Origin: a virus
IMG/VR virus record: IMGVR_UViG_3300029850_000008
Length of the DNA stretch: 64,000 nucleotides
Strand: one strand, 5' to 3'
In this document: positions 45,027 through 54,115 of the stretch, piece after piece
Position numbering within the stretch: the stretch's first letter is position 1
Layout: the number at the start of each line of letters is the position of its first letter
The notes under the pieces: generated by a model
What the model was told of the DNA's origin: nothing
Seen by the model: only the letters and a program-made list of their open reading frames with translations
The model's database searches: none
Program-made: the position numbers and the translations under genes

Positions 45027-45191
45027 ATGGCTAGACCAACAAAAAACCCAAAAGGGAACAGGGAGAGTTTTCGCCTGTCAGACCAAGATGTTGAAAAACT
45101 GAAATTATGTGTAGAAAAAACAGGAATGAGCAAGACCGATGTGATTCGAATGGGAATTGACAAGATATATACGGAATTAAAAGAAAAGTGA
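45027..45191 (+). CDS. ribbon-helix-helix protein (54 aa)
   Basis: ATG 45027, TGA 45189-91; ESFRLSDQDVEKLKLCVEKTGMSKTDVIRMGI RHH pattern. Confidence 0.6.
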   Translation: MARPTKNPKGNRESFRLSDQDVEKLKLCVEKTGMSKTDVIRMGIDKIYTELKEK

Positions 45192-45329
45192 TGGGAGTTT
45201 ATTCCCACCACTAAATCTTTGTTGAAAGTGTTTCCACCGTTCAACTAGTTTATAATTCTTTCTCGACAATTGAATTATAACACGGTGGTTACTCTTTCGC
45301 AAGTGAAAAGGCAGAAAGAGGGTAGAAAT

Positions 45330-46328
45330 GTGAGCAAGTTATTAATAGATGAATCACCATTATTAGTATTGCCGTCATTGGCGGCAACTATTGGACTCAA
45401 TGAATCAATCGTGCTGCAACAAGTTCATTATTGGCTCCAAGTAAAAAAATCAGCAGGAAAAGATTATATTGATGGGCATTATTGGGTGTACAACAGTTTT
45501 TCTGACTGGAACAAGCAATTTCCGTTTTGGTCTATCAATACGATAAAAAGAACTTTTTACAGCCTGGAAGAAAAAGGTTTATTGATCTCCGGAAACTACA
45601 ATCAGAGAAATTTTGATAAAACTAAGTGGTATTCCATCGACTATTCTGTGTTGACTCATTTTGATGCACTCGTCGACCCATTTTGGGTCGATCGAGAATC
45701 CCATTTTGGGTCGACCAATACCATAGACTACATTACAGATAATAACAACAATAATGTCACAAACCCTCTGGAGGAAAAGAATCCAGAGGATAGTGATAAG
45801 GATAATGCTTTTTCCAAAAAGAAGGAAAAAGATATTCATGCTTCTTCTTGTAATTATATAAACAATGTAAATATATCTAATAGCATTCAAAAACAGAGAG
45901 AACTGATTAAATCAAGGAAGAAGGAACAGTTATCTTTAACTCTTCCAGAAACGATTCTTTTATCGGAACAATCAATCCATGCTGCTATGGCTCAATCAGT
46001 GATTGGAGAAGATGCATGCTTTGAATCGTGGGTAAAAGAAGTGGTTAGGTACTTCTTGGAATCATATGGCAGAAACCGTGGCGAGATGCACCCGTCTATT
46101 ACGGTATCTCAAGCAGTGAAAATTATTGATAAGTATGTTCTGGTTCCAAAATCATTGGAAAATGAGGATATTGGTGTTAGAGAATACAAGTTAATGATAG
46201 ATCAATACTTTAAGACTAAATTTGGGCTGAGGAGCGGGCAAAACGTGGATTATCGTATCATGCATTTCATGAGCGATAAAATTAGGGAACGTATGTACTG
46301 GAAAATTAATAACTCTGATATGCAGTAG
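45330..46328 (+). CDS. replication-initiator-like winged-helix protein
   Basis: GTG 45330 after SD AAAGAGGG; LPSLAATIGLNESIVLQQVHYWL ... INTIKRTFYSLEEKGLL resembles RepA_N / replisome-organizer N-domains. Confidence 0.5.
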   Translation: MSKLLIDESPLLVLPSLAATIGLNESIVLQQVHYWLQVKKSAGKDYIDGHYWVYNSFSDWNKQFPFWSINTIKRTFYSLEEKGLLISGNYNQRNFDKTKWYSIDYSVLTHFDALVDPFWVDRESHFGSTNTIDYITDNNNNNVTNPLEEKNPEDSDKDNAFSKKKEKDIHASSCNYINNVNISNSIQKQRELIKSRKKEQLSLTLPETILLSEQSIHAAMAQSVIGEDACFESWVKEVVRYFLESYGRNRGEMHPSITVSQAVKIIDKYVLVPKSLENEDIGVREYKLMIDQYFKTKFGLRSGQNVDYRIMHFMSDKIRERMYWKINNSDMQ

Positions 46329-46348
46329 CTTTTTGGTGGAGGGATGAC

Positions 46349-46650
46349 ATGAATCATAGGAAAGAAGAAAAAAAGAGTGGATTATTGATTATGCAATAAA
46401 TAATCAAGATGTTTTTATTGATATAACATCTGAAGAGTTTGTAGAAGCATATGTTGAAAAATTCGATCCACCAGGCGTATTGTGGCAATGGTATGGTGCA
46501 CCGACTGTTCCGGAGCTGAAAAAGCTATTAGCGGATCTTTACAAAGAGGGGAAAATGTCAAGGTATAGACACTACTGCGATATATGGAAAGATGGATTTC
46601 CTAGATGGTTTTATATTTATAAATATACTGGAACAGATCGCAGATTTTAG
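46349..46650 (+). CDS. ORF needing a -1 shift at A_AAA_AAG (programmed slip, or A7 indel/pseudogene)
   Basis: SD GGTGGAGGG then ATG 46349 gives a 16-codon ORF; heptamer 46369-75; the -1 frame has 91 further codons and no start codon. Confidence 0.35.
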
Positions 46651-47164
46651 ATTCATAATTCCGCTAAATAGCAATTTGAGTAACTTCCAATCTGAAAATG
46701 CCAAATTGGTAATCGGTAAAGTTGACAATGGTCCATATATGTACTTAATAAACAAAATTACTAACAGTTTGTTAATGCTACGGATGAATGAAGAAGATAA
46801 GTCCATAGCTGTGAATGCACAGACCAATGGTGCATGGGGATCCGAAAAACTGCTTGCCACAAAGGATTATTTAGGCGTGACCCAATACAATGGCGTAGAC
46901 TACATTTCTCTGAGCGGGAAATTATCCAATATTGGTGAATGGGTAAAAAATAATGGTACGCCAGGTAAATGTACATTTGTTCGTGTAGAACCATCAGATT
47001 CTGACGGATATTTTGGTACATCCGGATTTAGCATCTTATGGATGCGCACTTCAGTTAACTATGGCTGGTGTATCTTAATATCTGATGATCCAAGAATGGT
47101 AGTTTTTGGTCGGAATTCCACTGGATGGCATTGGTATGCGCCGTCGTTGACCGAAGTATCATAG
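46592..47164 (+). CDS. hypothetical protein (start uncertain)
   Basis: Track ORF; overlaps previous ORF by 59 nt; weak SD. Confidence 0.4.
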   Translation: MDFLDGFIFINILEQIADFRFIIPLNSNLSNFQSENAKLVIGKVDNGPYMYLINKITNSLLMLRMNEEDKSIAVNAQTNGAWGSEKLLATKDYLGVTQYNGVDYISLSGKLSNIGEWVKNNGTPGKCTFVRVEPSDSDGYFGTSGFSILWMRTSVNYGWCILISDDPRMVVFGRNSTGWHWYAPSLTEVS

Positions 47165-47266
47165 TTTTACATCACTAAAAGTACCACCATTGCTATTTAT
47201 TTGAGTAATTTTAAAATGTATATTTAATCAAAATTATCACATAAATTACTGTGATGATAAATGGTA

Positions 47267-47327
47267 AATAAGAGCTATTCGGCTGTACAATCCTTACGGA
47301 TTATGGGTACTGTGAATAGCTCTTATT
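47267..47327. repeat. long perfect inverted repeat / hairpin
   Basis: 14-bp arms AATAAGAGCTATTC / GAATAGCTCTTATT with inner AATCC/GGATT and GTAC/GTAC pairs. Confidence 0.6.
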
Positions 47328-47398
47328 AAGATATCTTATGTGTATTTTACAATAATATGCTTAAGATTGCAAGTTAATTACCATTTAGCAATTTCAAA

Positions 47399-47479
47399 GT
47401 GAGTTTTTAAAACTGCCCAATATGGGTTAAAATAATATAAGAGATTTTAGGAGAACGTCATTTTGTGGCGTTCTTTTTT
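47399..47479 (+). promoter_or_regulatory. late promoter-terminator cassette L4
   Basis: GTGAGTTTTTAAAAC 47399, TAAAAT 47428, 8-bp hairpin 47453-73 plus T6. Confidence 0.6.
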
Positions 47480-47505
47480 CTTTGTGAGAAAGGAGGTCGA
47501 TTTTC

Positions 47506-47919
47506 GTGAATGGATTTGAAGGTTGGCTCATAAAAATAAATGGAAAGATATTTCCAAACAAATATATTCATGCTGGAACATATAAGTGTACTCCAGACCA
47601 GGAAACCGACCTTGATGATGAAACTGACGCTGATGGAATATTTCACAGAAATGTATTGCCAGCTAAAGCAACTAAGATTGAATTCGATATCAAGCCAGTA
47701 AGATTGAATGATTTAGTTCAAATAAAAGAAATCATTCCAGATAATGCAACGGAAATTGATGTAGAATACTGGAATGACAGAAAAATGCAATATCAAACCG
47801 GAAAAGCATATATTCCTGTTGCAACTTTTGAACCATATATGGTTTACAAAGATATTAATGACATATTATACAATCCAACAAGAATAGCAATCATTGAATA
47901 CGGGGAGGTGAGAGATTGA
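47506..47919 (+). CDS. distal tail-region protein
   Basis: SD GAAAGGAGG then GTG 47506; position after the tape-measure region. Confidence 0.5.
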   Translation: MNGFEGWLIKINGKIFPNKYIHAGTYKCTPDQETDLDDETDADGIFHRNVLPAKATKIEFDIKPVRLNDLVQIKEIIPDNATEIDVEYWNDRKMQYQTGKAYIPVATFEPYMVYKDINDILYNPTRIAIIEYGEVRD

Positions 47920-49916
47920 TGCTCAACTTTCCAGAAGAACTAAAAGAACTATTCAAAAAAGATAATACATCAGCTGAAACTAGAAAAAGTTTGCGGCTGA
48001 TTTTTTTTGATGATAAATCTGATTCTTTGTATCCTGCTGAAAACTTATATCCGGAAGAATCGTTGTTTCCGGCTGAACATGGAGTACCGTGGCTTGTGAT
48101 AGAGAATGACCGTATTGAAAGCGAGTCATTGAGCATTACAGAAACGCTTTCCTCATCTGATGACATTGAATTTGGATCGTGTGAGGCTTCCAAACTGGAA
48201 ATCACAGTATTTGATGTAGTTGAAAATCTCTCTGGGAAAGAATTCATGTTAGTCTTAAAAATTGGTGAGCATGAGTTAGAAATGGGGCATTACACCGTAG
48301 AGTCCTATGTCAGACAATCCAATCGAAGAAAGAGAAAGATTACGGCATATGACCGAATGCGAAAATTCAATATAGATGTTTCAACTTGGTATAATGATTT
48401 GACATTCCCGATGACCTTAAAAACGTTTAGAAATTCGTTGTGTGAATACATTGGAGTTGTTCAATCATTTGCCAGCCTAATCCTGGATGATATGGAAATT
48501 TCAAAAACGGTAGAACCATCAAAGTTATCTGGATTAGATGTGATGAAAGCTATATGTCAAATAAATGGTTGTTTTGGACATTTTGATAAGACTGGAAGTT
48601 TTAAATACATTCAGCTGCAACAGACTGGATTGTATCCATCAGAAGAACTTTTTCCAGCGGAAAGTTTGTATCCATCAGAATTTGGATCTGATGGAATGGA
48701 TGTTGAAGTTATATCAAAATACAGTCAGCCAATGACATATGAAGATTATTTGGTCAATGGAATTAGTGGATTACAAATCCGACAGCAAGAAGGAGATGTT
48801 GGAGCAAGTGTTGGCGATGGTGATAATGCGTATATCATTGAGGGAAATTTCTTAGTTTACGGAAAAGATGCTAATACACTTTTGAATATTGCACAGTCAA
48901 TACTTCCACAAATTTCCGGAAGATCATATAGACCTGCTTCTTTAAAAACCAATTTTTTACCATGGGTTGAAGTTGGTGATGCACTGAGAGTAATAACTAG
49001 AGATGATATCGTGGAAACCTTTTGCATGAAAAGGGAAATAAAAGGAATCCAAGCGATGTCAGATACGTTTACATCAACAGGATCTGAAACCAGAGAAGAA
49101 TCATTCGGAATAGAAAGCCAAATTGTTCAGTTGGAAGGGAAAACGGCAGTCATTATTAAAAGTGTAGATGAAGTTTCTGCAACGGTTACAGACTTGAAAA
49201 ACTACACAGAAGCACAGTTTAAGATAACTGCCGACAGTATCACAGCCGAAGTCACAAGAGCAAAAGGGGCAGAAGGAGAATTATCCAGTAAGATAACGCA
49301 GACAGCTACAGAAATTAGATCAGAAGTTACTGATAAGACGAATGGCCTGCAAAGCCAAATCACACAGCAAGCCGGACAAATTGCATTGAAAGTAAGTCAA
49401 GGAGATGTAACAAATCAGCTGAATTCCGAATTGAAGATCACCGGGAATTCAATTGCTCTGACTACCGGACACTTTACTATTGATTCCAAAAATATGAAAC
49501 TGGACGCTTCTGGAAATGCGACATTCTCTGGAACAGTTTCTGGTGCTGCAATTAGTGGTGGTACTATTTCTGGATCTAGTATCACTGGTGTAAGTATTAA
49601 TATTGATGATTTTTTTGTGTGTGATAGTCAAGAAGTACAGATTGGTGGTTTTGAGACATCCTACGCATACGGAAGAGATATTTTCCAGTCACAAGATGGT
49701 CAGTGCGGTATTTCTGCGAGTGCTTCAAAGGCAGGAAAACTATGGATATGGGCAGGATATAATAGTGCTTCCGATTACGATTTTATGGTAAATAATGCTG
49801 GTAGCGTATATTGCCGAAATGGTGTTCACGCAGATGATTTCTATCCGACTAGTTATAAGAATTCGGTAGTCTATTGGATTGATTGGCTTTATGATGCAGT
49901 TCAATCACTTTCATAA
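47916..49916 (+). CDS. tail-tip / minor structural protein
   Basis: 666 aa; coiled-coil TAEVTRAKGAEGELSSKITQTATEIRSEV and SGxxISG repeats typical of tail structural proteins. Confidence 0.7.
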   Translation: MMLNFPEELKELFKKDNTSAETRKSLRLIFFDDKSDSLYPAENLYPEESLFPAEHGVPWLVIENDRIESESLSITETLSSSDDIEFGSCEASKLEITVFDVVENLSGKEFMLVLKIGEHELEMGHYTVESYVRQSNRRKRKITAYDRMRKFNIDVSTWYNDLTFPMTLKTFRNSLCEYIGVVQSFASLILDDMEISKTVEPSKLSGLDVMKAICQINGCFGHFDKTGSFKYIQLQQTGLYPSEELFPAESLYPSEFGSDGMDVEVISKYSQPMTYEDYLVNGISGLQIRQQEGDVGASVGDGDNAYIIEGNFLVYGKDANTLLNIAQSILPQISGRSYRPASLKTNFLPWVEVGDALRVITRDDIVETFCMKREIKGIQAMSDTFTSTGSETREESFGIESQIVQLEGKTAVIIKSVDEVSATVTDLKNYTEAQFKITADSITAEVTRAKGAEGELSSKITQTATEIRSEVTDKTNGLQSQITQQAGQIALKVSQGDVTNQLNSELKITGNSIALTTGHFTIDSKNMKLDASGNATFSGTVSGAAISGGTISGSSITGVSINIDDFFVCDSQEVQIGGFETSYAYGRDIFQSQDGQCGISASASKAGKLWIWAGYNSASDYDFMVNNAGSVYCRNGVHADDFYPTSYKNSVVYWIDWLYDAVQSLS

Positions 49917-49930
49917 TTGGAGGATATGTG

Positions 49931-50239
49931 ATGTATAAAATAAAAAAAGTACCATCACCTACTGGATATACAATTTTAGAGTCAGAAATCGAAGTTAATA
50001 GCGTAAATGGGATTCAGACCGTATACGAGAGCGATGGAGAATTAAGAGGGAAAATTAGTATTGTATCGATAGAATCAGAACTTGAGATTTCTTACGAGAG
50101 AAAGTATAAAAATGGGAAAATAAGAACTTTTGTTGTTCGCAAGAAAATGGATGTTGGAGAAAATGATTTTAGCCTATCAGAAGCACCAATGTTTGATAAA
50201 GAGTTAGAGTCGGTCTCCATTGTTGCGAAACTTATATAA
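49931..50239 (+). CDS. hypothetical tail-region protein
   Basis: SD GGAGG then ATG 49931. Confidence 0.5.
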   Translation: MYKIKKVPSPTGYTILESEIEVNSVNGIQTVYESDGELRGKISIVSIESELEISYERKYKNGKIRTFVVRKKMDVGENDFSLSEAPMFDKELESVSIVAKLI

Positions 50240-50251
50240 GAGGAGAAACAC

Positions 50252-50467
50252 ATGAAAAAGACGTTGACATATGATTATGATTTGATGGTAAGGGCTGGAC
50301 AGTTACTCAATTCCCTTACCTTTACTGGAATTCAGCAAGCAAGAGTTGTATCAGAACTTGCTAATATTTTAGATTCTGGAAAAACAGGAGAAATATTTGA
50401 AAGAAAGGATGATGAAAAGAATGGCGTACACGGCGAAAAAATACAGTCGGATAAACTGGAAAAATAG
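50252..50467 (+). CDS. hypothetical protein
   Basis: SD GAGGAG then ATG 50252. Confidence 0.45.
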   Translation: MKKTLTYDYDLMVRAGQLLNSLTFTGIQQARVVSELANILDSGKTGEIFERKDDEKNGVHGEKIQSDKLEK

Positions 50468-51719
50468 ACCATCTACTTCTACGGCATTAGGTGCCACCAA
50501 CATGAACCACATGGATGTTTTTCTCAATGATGTTGATAATGCACTTGTTGAGATGGAAGCCGCAAAGCTTAATATTGCAACGGCAAATTCCATGTTGAAA
50601 AGTGTGGCATATAATAAATCCACTGGTGTTTGGAATTTTCAACAGTTAGATGGTACATCATTTTCATTTGACCAAAACATTGAAAAAATTCCAGTATCGT
50701 TTTCACTTTCAGAAAGTGGTGTACTGACCATGACAACGGAAGATGGCACGCAATGGGAATGCAATGTTGCAGAACTTATAAAAGATTATGTGTTTGACGA
50801 TTCAGAAACGATTGGTTTTAGCAAAGAATTCAAGAGCAATGAATACCATGTATCCGCAATTGTGAAGGACGGAAGCATTGGGGCTAAGCATTTGAACCCA
50901 GATTATAGGTCTGATATACAGTCTTATATGAATACGGCTCAAACCGCTGCGAATGATTCACTGACTTACTCCAAGGATTCTAAGCGATGGGCGGTTGGTG
51001 ATGCGTCATATTCTGGAAGTGAAACGGACAATAGCCGATATTACAAAGAGCAAGCAGAATCGGCAAAAGTAGCGGCAGAAAAAGCAAGAGATGAAGCTCA
51101 AGCTGCTACTGGTGCAAAAATTATGACTTCCACCGAAATGGGCGTTGGCAGACCAGACGGAACAACGATTGGAGTAGAAAATGGGATTTTCGGTCTTGTT
51201 GCAAAAGCAATTAATCTTCCAGCAGTTGATACTTCTGGAATTGTTGGAACTGCTGGAGAAGAATCGACCGCTCAAGCGTTGCTGGACGAATTAGCAAGTA
51301 GAGTTGTGAGCAAACTGGTCACAAACGATGCTTTAACCGCAAAACTGGCTGACTATATGACAAAATCCATGATGTCTGGAACGCAGGTAAATGATGCAAA
51401 TCATGTACCAACATCAGCATTAGCGTACTCCATGAATCAAGCCATTGAGACACTAAATAGCAAGACTCCGAAGATAATCACTAAAAGTTATTCAAATGTT
51501 GCCATAGATTCTTCAAGTACACCAGCATATAAAATATTGGATTCATTTTCTGATCTTGGAGTCCCAGCTGGTGGAAAAGTAATAGGTTTAAATGTTAAAG
51601 GTTGGAACTCTGGAACTGGGACATTTAATTTAGCCAAAGATAGTGCTGGAAATAATCTTATTCTGATCGCTCCGAATGGTACTTTTGGAGGCATCACTGT
51701 CGAAGTAACTTATGTTTAA
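50421..51719 (+). CDS. tail fiber / receptor-binding-type protein (start 50409-50421 uncertain)
   Basis: N-terminal INWKNRPSTSTALGATNMNHMD pattern common in phage fibers; 433 aa. Confidence 0.6.
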   Translation: MAYTAKKYSRINWKNRPSTSTALGATNMNHMDVFLNDVDNALVEMEAAKLNIATANSMLKSVAYNKSTGVWNFQQLDGTSFSFDQNIEKIPVSFSLSESGVLTMTTEDGTQWECNVAELIKDYVFDDSETIGFSKEFKSNEYHVSAIVKDGSIGAKHLNPDYRSDIQSYMNTAQTAANDSLTYSKDSKRWAVGDASYSGSETDNSRYYKEQAESAKVAAEKARDEAQAATGAKIMTSTEMGVGRPDGTTIGVENGIFGLVAKAINLPAVDTSGIVGTAGEESTAQALLDELASRVVSKLVTNDALTAKLADYMTKSMMSGTQVNDANHVPTSALAYSMNQAIETLNSKTPKIITKSYSNVAIDSSSTPAYKILDSFSDLGVPAGGKVIGLNVKGWNSGTGTFNLAKDSAGNNLILIAPNGTFGGITVEVTYV

Positions 51720-51834
51720 AGGCTACAATATCAATAAATATACATTAGGTTCGGCCATGCCAGAGGGTGCTATTGTATCATTTATTCCAGTTGTATGATT
51801 TAAGCGATACAATACGAACAGGATACATATGTTG

Positions 51835-52284
51835 CTATTTAAACGGAACAAATAAATACCAAATCACCCGGTGCTGGGCATTTGTCGAGTTGGTAAGAGT
51901 ACTGAGTATATCTCCTTTATGTACAATTACCGATCCATTGGAAGCACCTAATTTATTAGGATTTCGAAGCGCAAATACCTGCACACCGGAAGCTAATACA
52001 CTCTTTCCAATTAGATTTATGACAAAATAAAAATCGGAACCATCATATGCAATTTGAGAATCTGCCGAAATGTAAACTATTCCATTTGCTGGAACAGAAA
52101 ACCTAGAACCATTTGTTCTGTGTGAAGTTTTTAAATCGACAGAATTATCATAATCCAATTCATACATCTTGCTATTTAGCAACGTTGATGTAGAAAAGAA
52201 AATAGGCGGGCCGTGGTATACACCCGGTGCCGCCTTTTGTGAAATTATTTTATGGAATGCATAATAATCATGAGATTTACTTCC
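51835..52284 (-). pseudogene. start-less, SD-less beta-rich (C1q/TNF-like?) ORF on the opposite strand
   Basis: Frame open from 52284 with no ATG/GTG; first candidates TTG 52182 and ATG 52167 lack an SD; a terminator hairpin lies within the open frame, ~20 nt 5' of those candidate starts. Confidence 0.35.
52204..52238. terminator. bidirectional-looking GC hairpin terminator
   Basis: AGGCGG...CCGCCT outer stem with inner pairs; TTTT on the plus side, T-rich on the minus side. Confidence 0.5.
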
Positions 52285-52484
52285 CTACAAATAAATAGAC
52301 GAATGAATTTATAAAATGCAACAAAAAATATTGATTTTCTGATTTTAAAGTATAAAATAAAAAAAGAGTGGGCATTCTACCCTCGCAAAGTATGTATGCC
52401 CACTCAATCTCTAAAGGAGATCGTGTCTATTATACCACGATCTCTGTTTGAGTACAATAAAAATATGAAAAGGGGACTAGTGGT

Positions 52485-53480
52485 ATGTCTAACGAAATCA
52501 GAAATCAAGTAATTATGGAACTCCAGGGAGACTTTACAACGGAACAATTAAAGATCATTGATTTGGCAGTGGCTAAGGCAATGAGGGGATATAGGATTGA
52601 GCGAGAAGAGACGCTTCCGGCGACAACAGTATGTGAAATGCCTTTAGATATAAGGGAATTCCTTGCAAGGAAGAAAATGAAAGGTTGTTCTGATGGAACA
52701 ATCGAACAGTACAAAGATTTGTTGTCGGATTTTGCATTGTGGGCCAGAAAAGATCTTCGGCAGGTAAAAGACCTTGATATTTTAGCGTATTTGGATTATA
52801 GGGCGAAGCTTGGAGCATCGAACAGAACATTGGATAGTAAGCGTCTCATATTATCATCATTTTATACTACGATGCATGAAACTGGGAAAATGCAGTATAA
52901 TCCGTCTAAGACAGTTGATCCAGTGAAATACAAGGCAAAAGTTCGGGAACCGCTGAACGATATGGAATTGGAAAAAGTTCGGTCTGCTTGTCGGACTCTA
53001 AGAGAAAAAGCGTTGTTTGAAGTCTTATATGCAACTGGCGGACGTGTGAGTGAGATAGTTGGAATTAATTATACGGAAATAGACAAGCAAACCAGAAGCG
53101 TAGTAATAACTGGAAAAGGTGACCAGGAAAGATATGTATTTCTAAATGCGAAAGCCATGTTAGCTATCGAAAATTATATAAAAAGCAGGGGAGATGAAAG
53201 CCCAGCATTATTTGTTGGTGCAAGAAAACCACATAATCGTTTGGGGAAAGAAGCCATTGAAAGAGAGCTGAAAGCAATAGGGGAAAGGTCTGGGATTGAC
53301 AGACCAGTTTTCCCACATTTATTAAGACATACGTTTGCGACTGATATGCTTGAACATGGAGCATCTCTTAATGAGGTATCGGAGATGTTGGGGCACAAGA
53401 AATTGGATACAACAAAGATTTATGCTAAAATCAGTACGAATACATTGGCAATTTCTTATAAAAAACATCATGCCGCATAA
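52485..53480 (+). CDS. tyrosine recombinase (XerC/D-like)
   Basis: ATGGRVSE (Arg I), HLLRHTFAT (H-x-x-R), LGHKKLDTTKIYAKI (His ... Tyr). Confidence 0.85.
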   Translation: MSNEIRNQVIMELQGDFTTEQLKIIDLAVAKAMRGYRIEREETLPATTVCEMPLDIREFLARKKMKGCSDGTIEQYKDLLSDFALWARKDLRQVKDLDILAYLDYRAKLGASNRTLDSKRLILSSFYTTMHETGKMQYNPSKTVDPVKYKAKVREPLNDMELEKVRSACRTLREKALFEVLYATGGRVSEIVGINYTEIDKQTRSVVITGKGDQERYVFLNAKAMLAIENYIKSRGDESPALFVGARKPHNRLGKEAIERELKAIGERSGIDRPVFPHLLRHTFATDMLEHGASLNEVSEMLGHKKLDTTKIYAKISTNTLAISYKKHHAA

Positions 53481-53511
53481 AATAGGACAATCAAATCTAC
53501 TGCATGGAATA

Positions 53512-53533
53512 GGCTGCCACGGGTGGCCTTTTT
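53512..53533 (+). terminator. intrinsic terminator
   Basis: GGCTGCC-ACG-GGTGGCC followed by TTTTT. Confidence 0.45.
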
Positions 53534-53691
53534 GGTGTGGAGATGAAGAAATGTATAAATAGTATTTTTTAGGAATATGTGTTTTGGGATGAATAGCAAT
53601 ATTCCTGAGAAAATGATTTTAAAGCAAATGCTTCCAAGTATTTGCGCCAAGAGAGAATAATTATACATATCAAACCAATAAAGGAGCCAAC

Positions 53692-54069
53692 ATGATAAAA
53701 GAACAAGAGATTCCCACCTACCGTAAATCAACCAACAGCAATGTATCTAAGAGCCGCAGGAAAACAGATCATAAGCACAACTATGAAGAATGCTTAATCA
53801 AATACAGATCACCGTATTTTGATAAGGAATATATTTTTACGCACCTGGCAAGTTATTGTACTATTTGCGGCAAACTTGGTCCAAAATTCAAAGATGAAAA
53901 ATCCATAGTAACCGATTATAAAAAAATCATTAATTCGCCAATTGGCAAAGTCATCCAGGTACTCAGCGGCGAAGAACTCTATAAAAGATACAAGGATACA
54001 CTGCCGATTTTCTTTCTAAAATACAGATCTGATAAATATGTCCACTTATGGCAAAACAACGAAAAATGA
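53692..54069 (+). CDS. hypothetical protein
   Basis: SD AAAGGAG then ATG 53692. Confidence 0.5.
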   Translation: MIKEQEIPTYRKSTNSNVSKSRRKTDHKHNYEECLIKYRSPYFDKEYIFTHLASYCTICGKLGPKFKDEKSIVTDYKKIINSPIGKVIQVLSGEELYKRYKDTLPIFFLKYRSDKYVHLWQNNEK

Positions 54070-54115
54070 TACAAAAATCTACTATCGCAATAATAAAAAC
54101 TAGGAGGAATAAACC

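Noticed and set aside
51863-52231. 10-bp repeat CACCCGGTGC at both ends of the start-less ORF as recombinase sites
   Set aside because: The repeat is only 10 bp and nearly palindromic, and one copy is part of a terminator hairpin. No partner lies inside an expressed fibre gene. It is mentioned in the finding but not accepted as a site.
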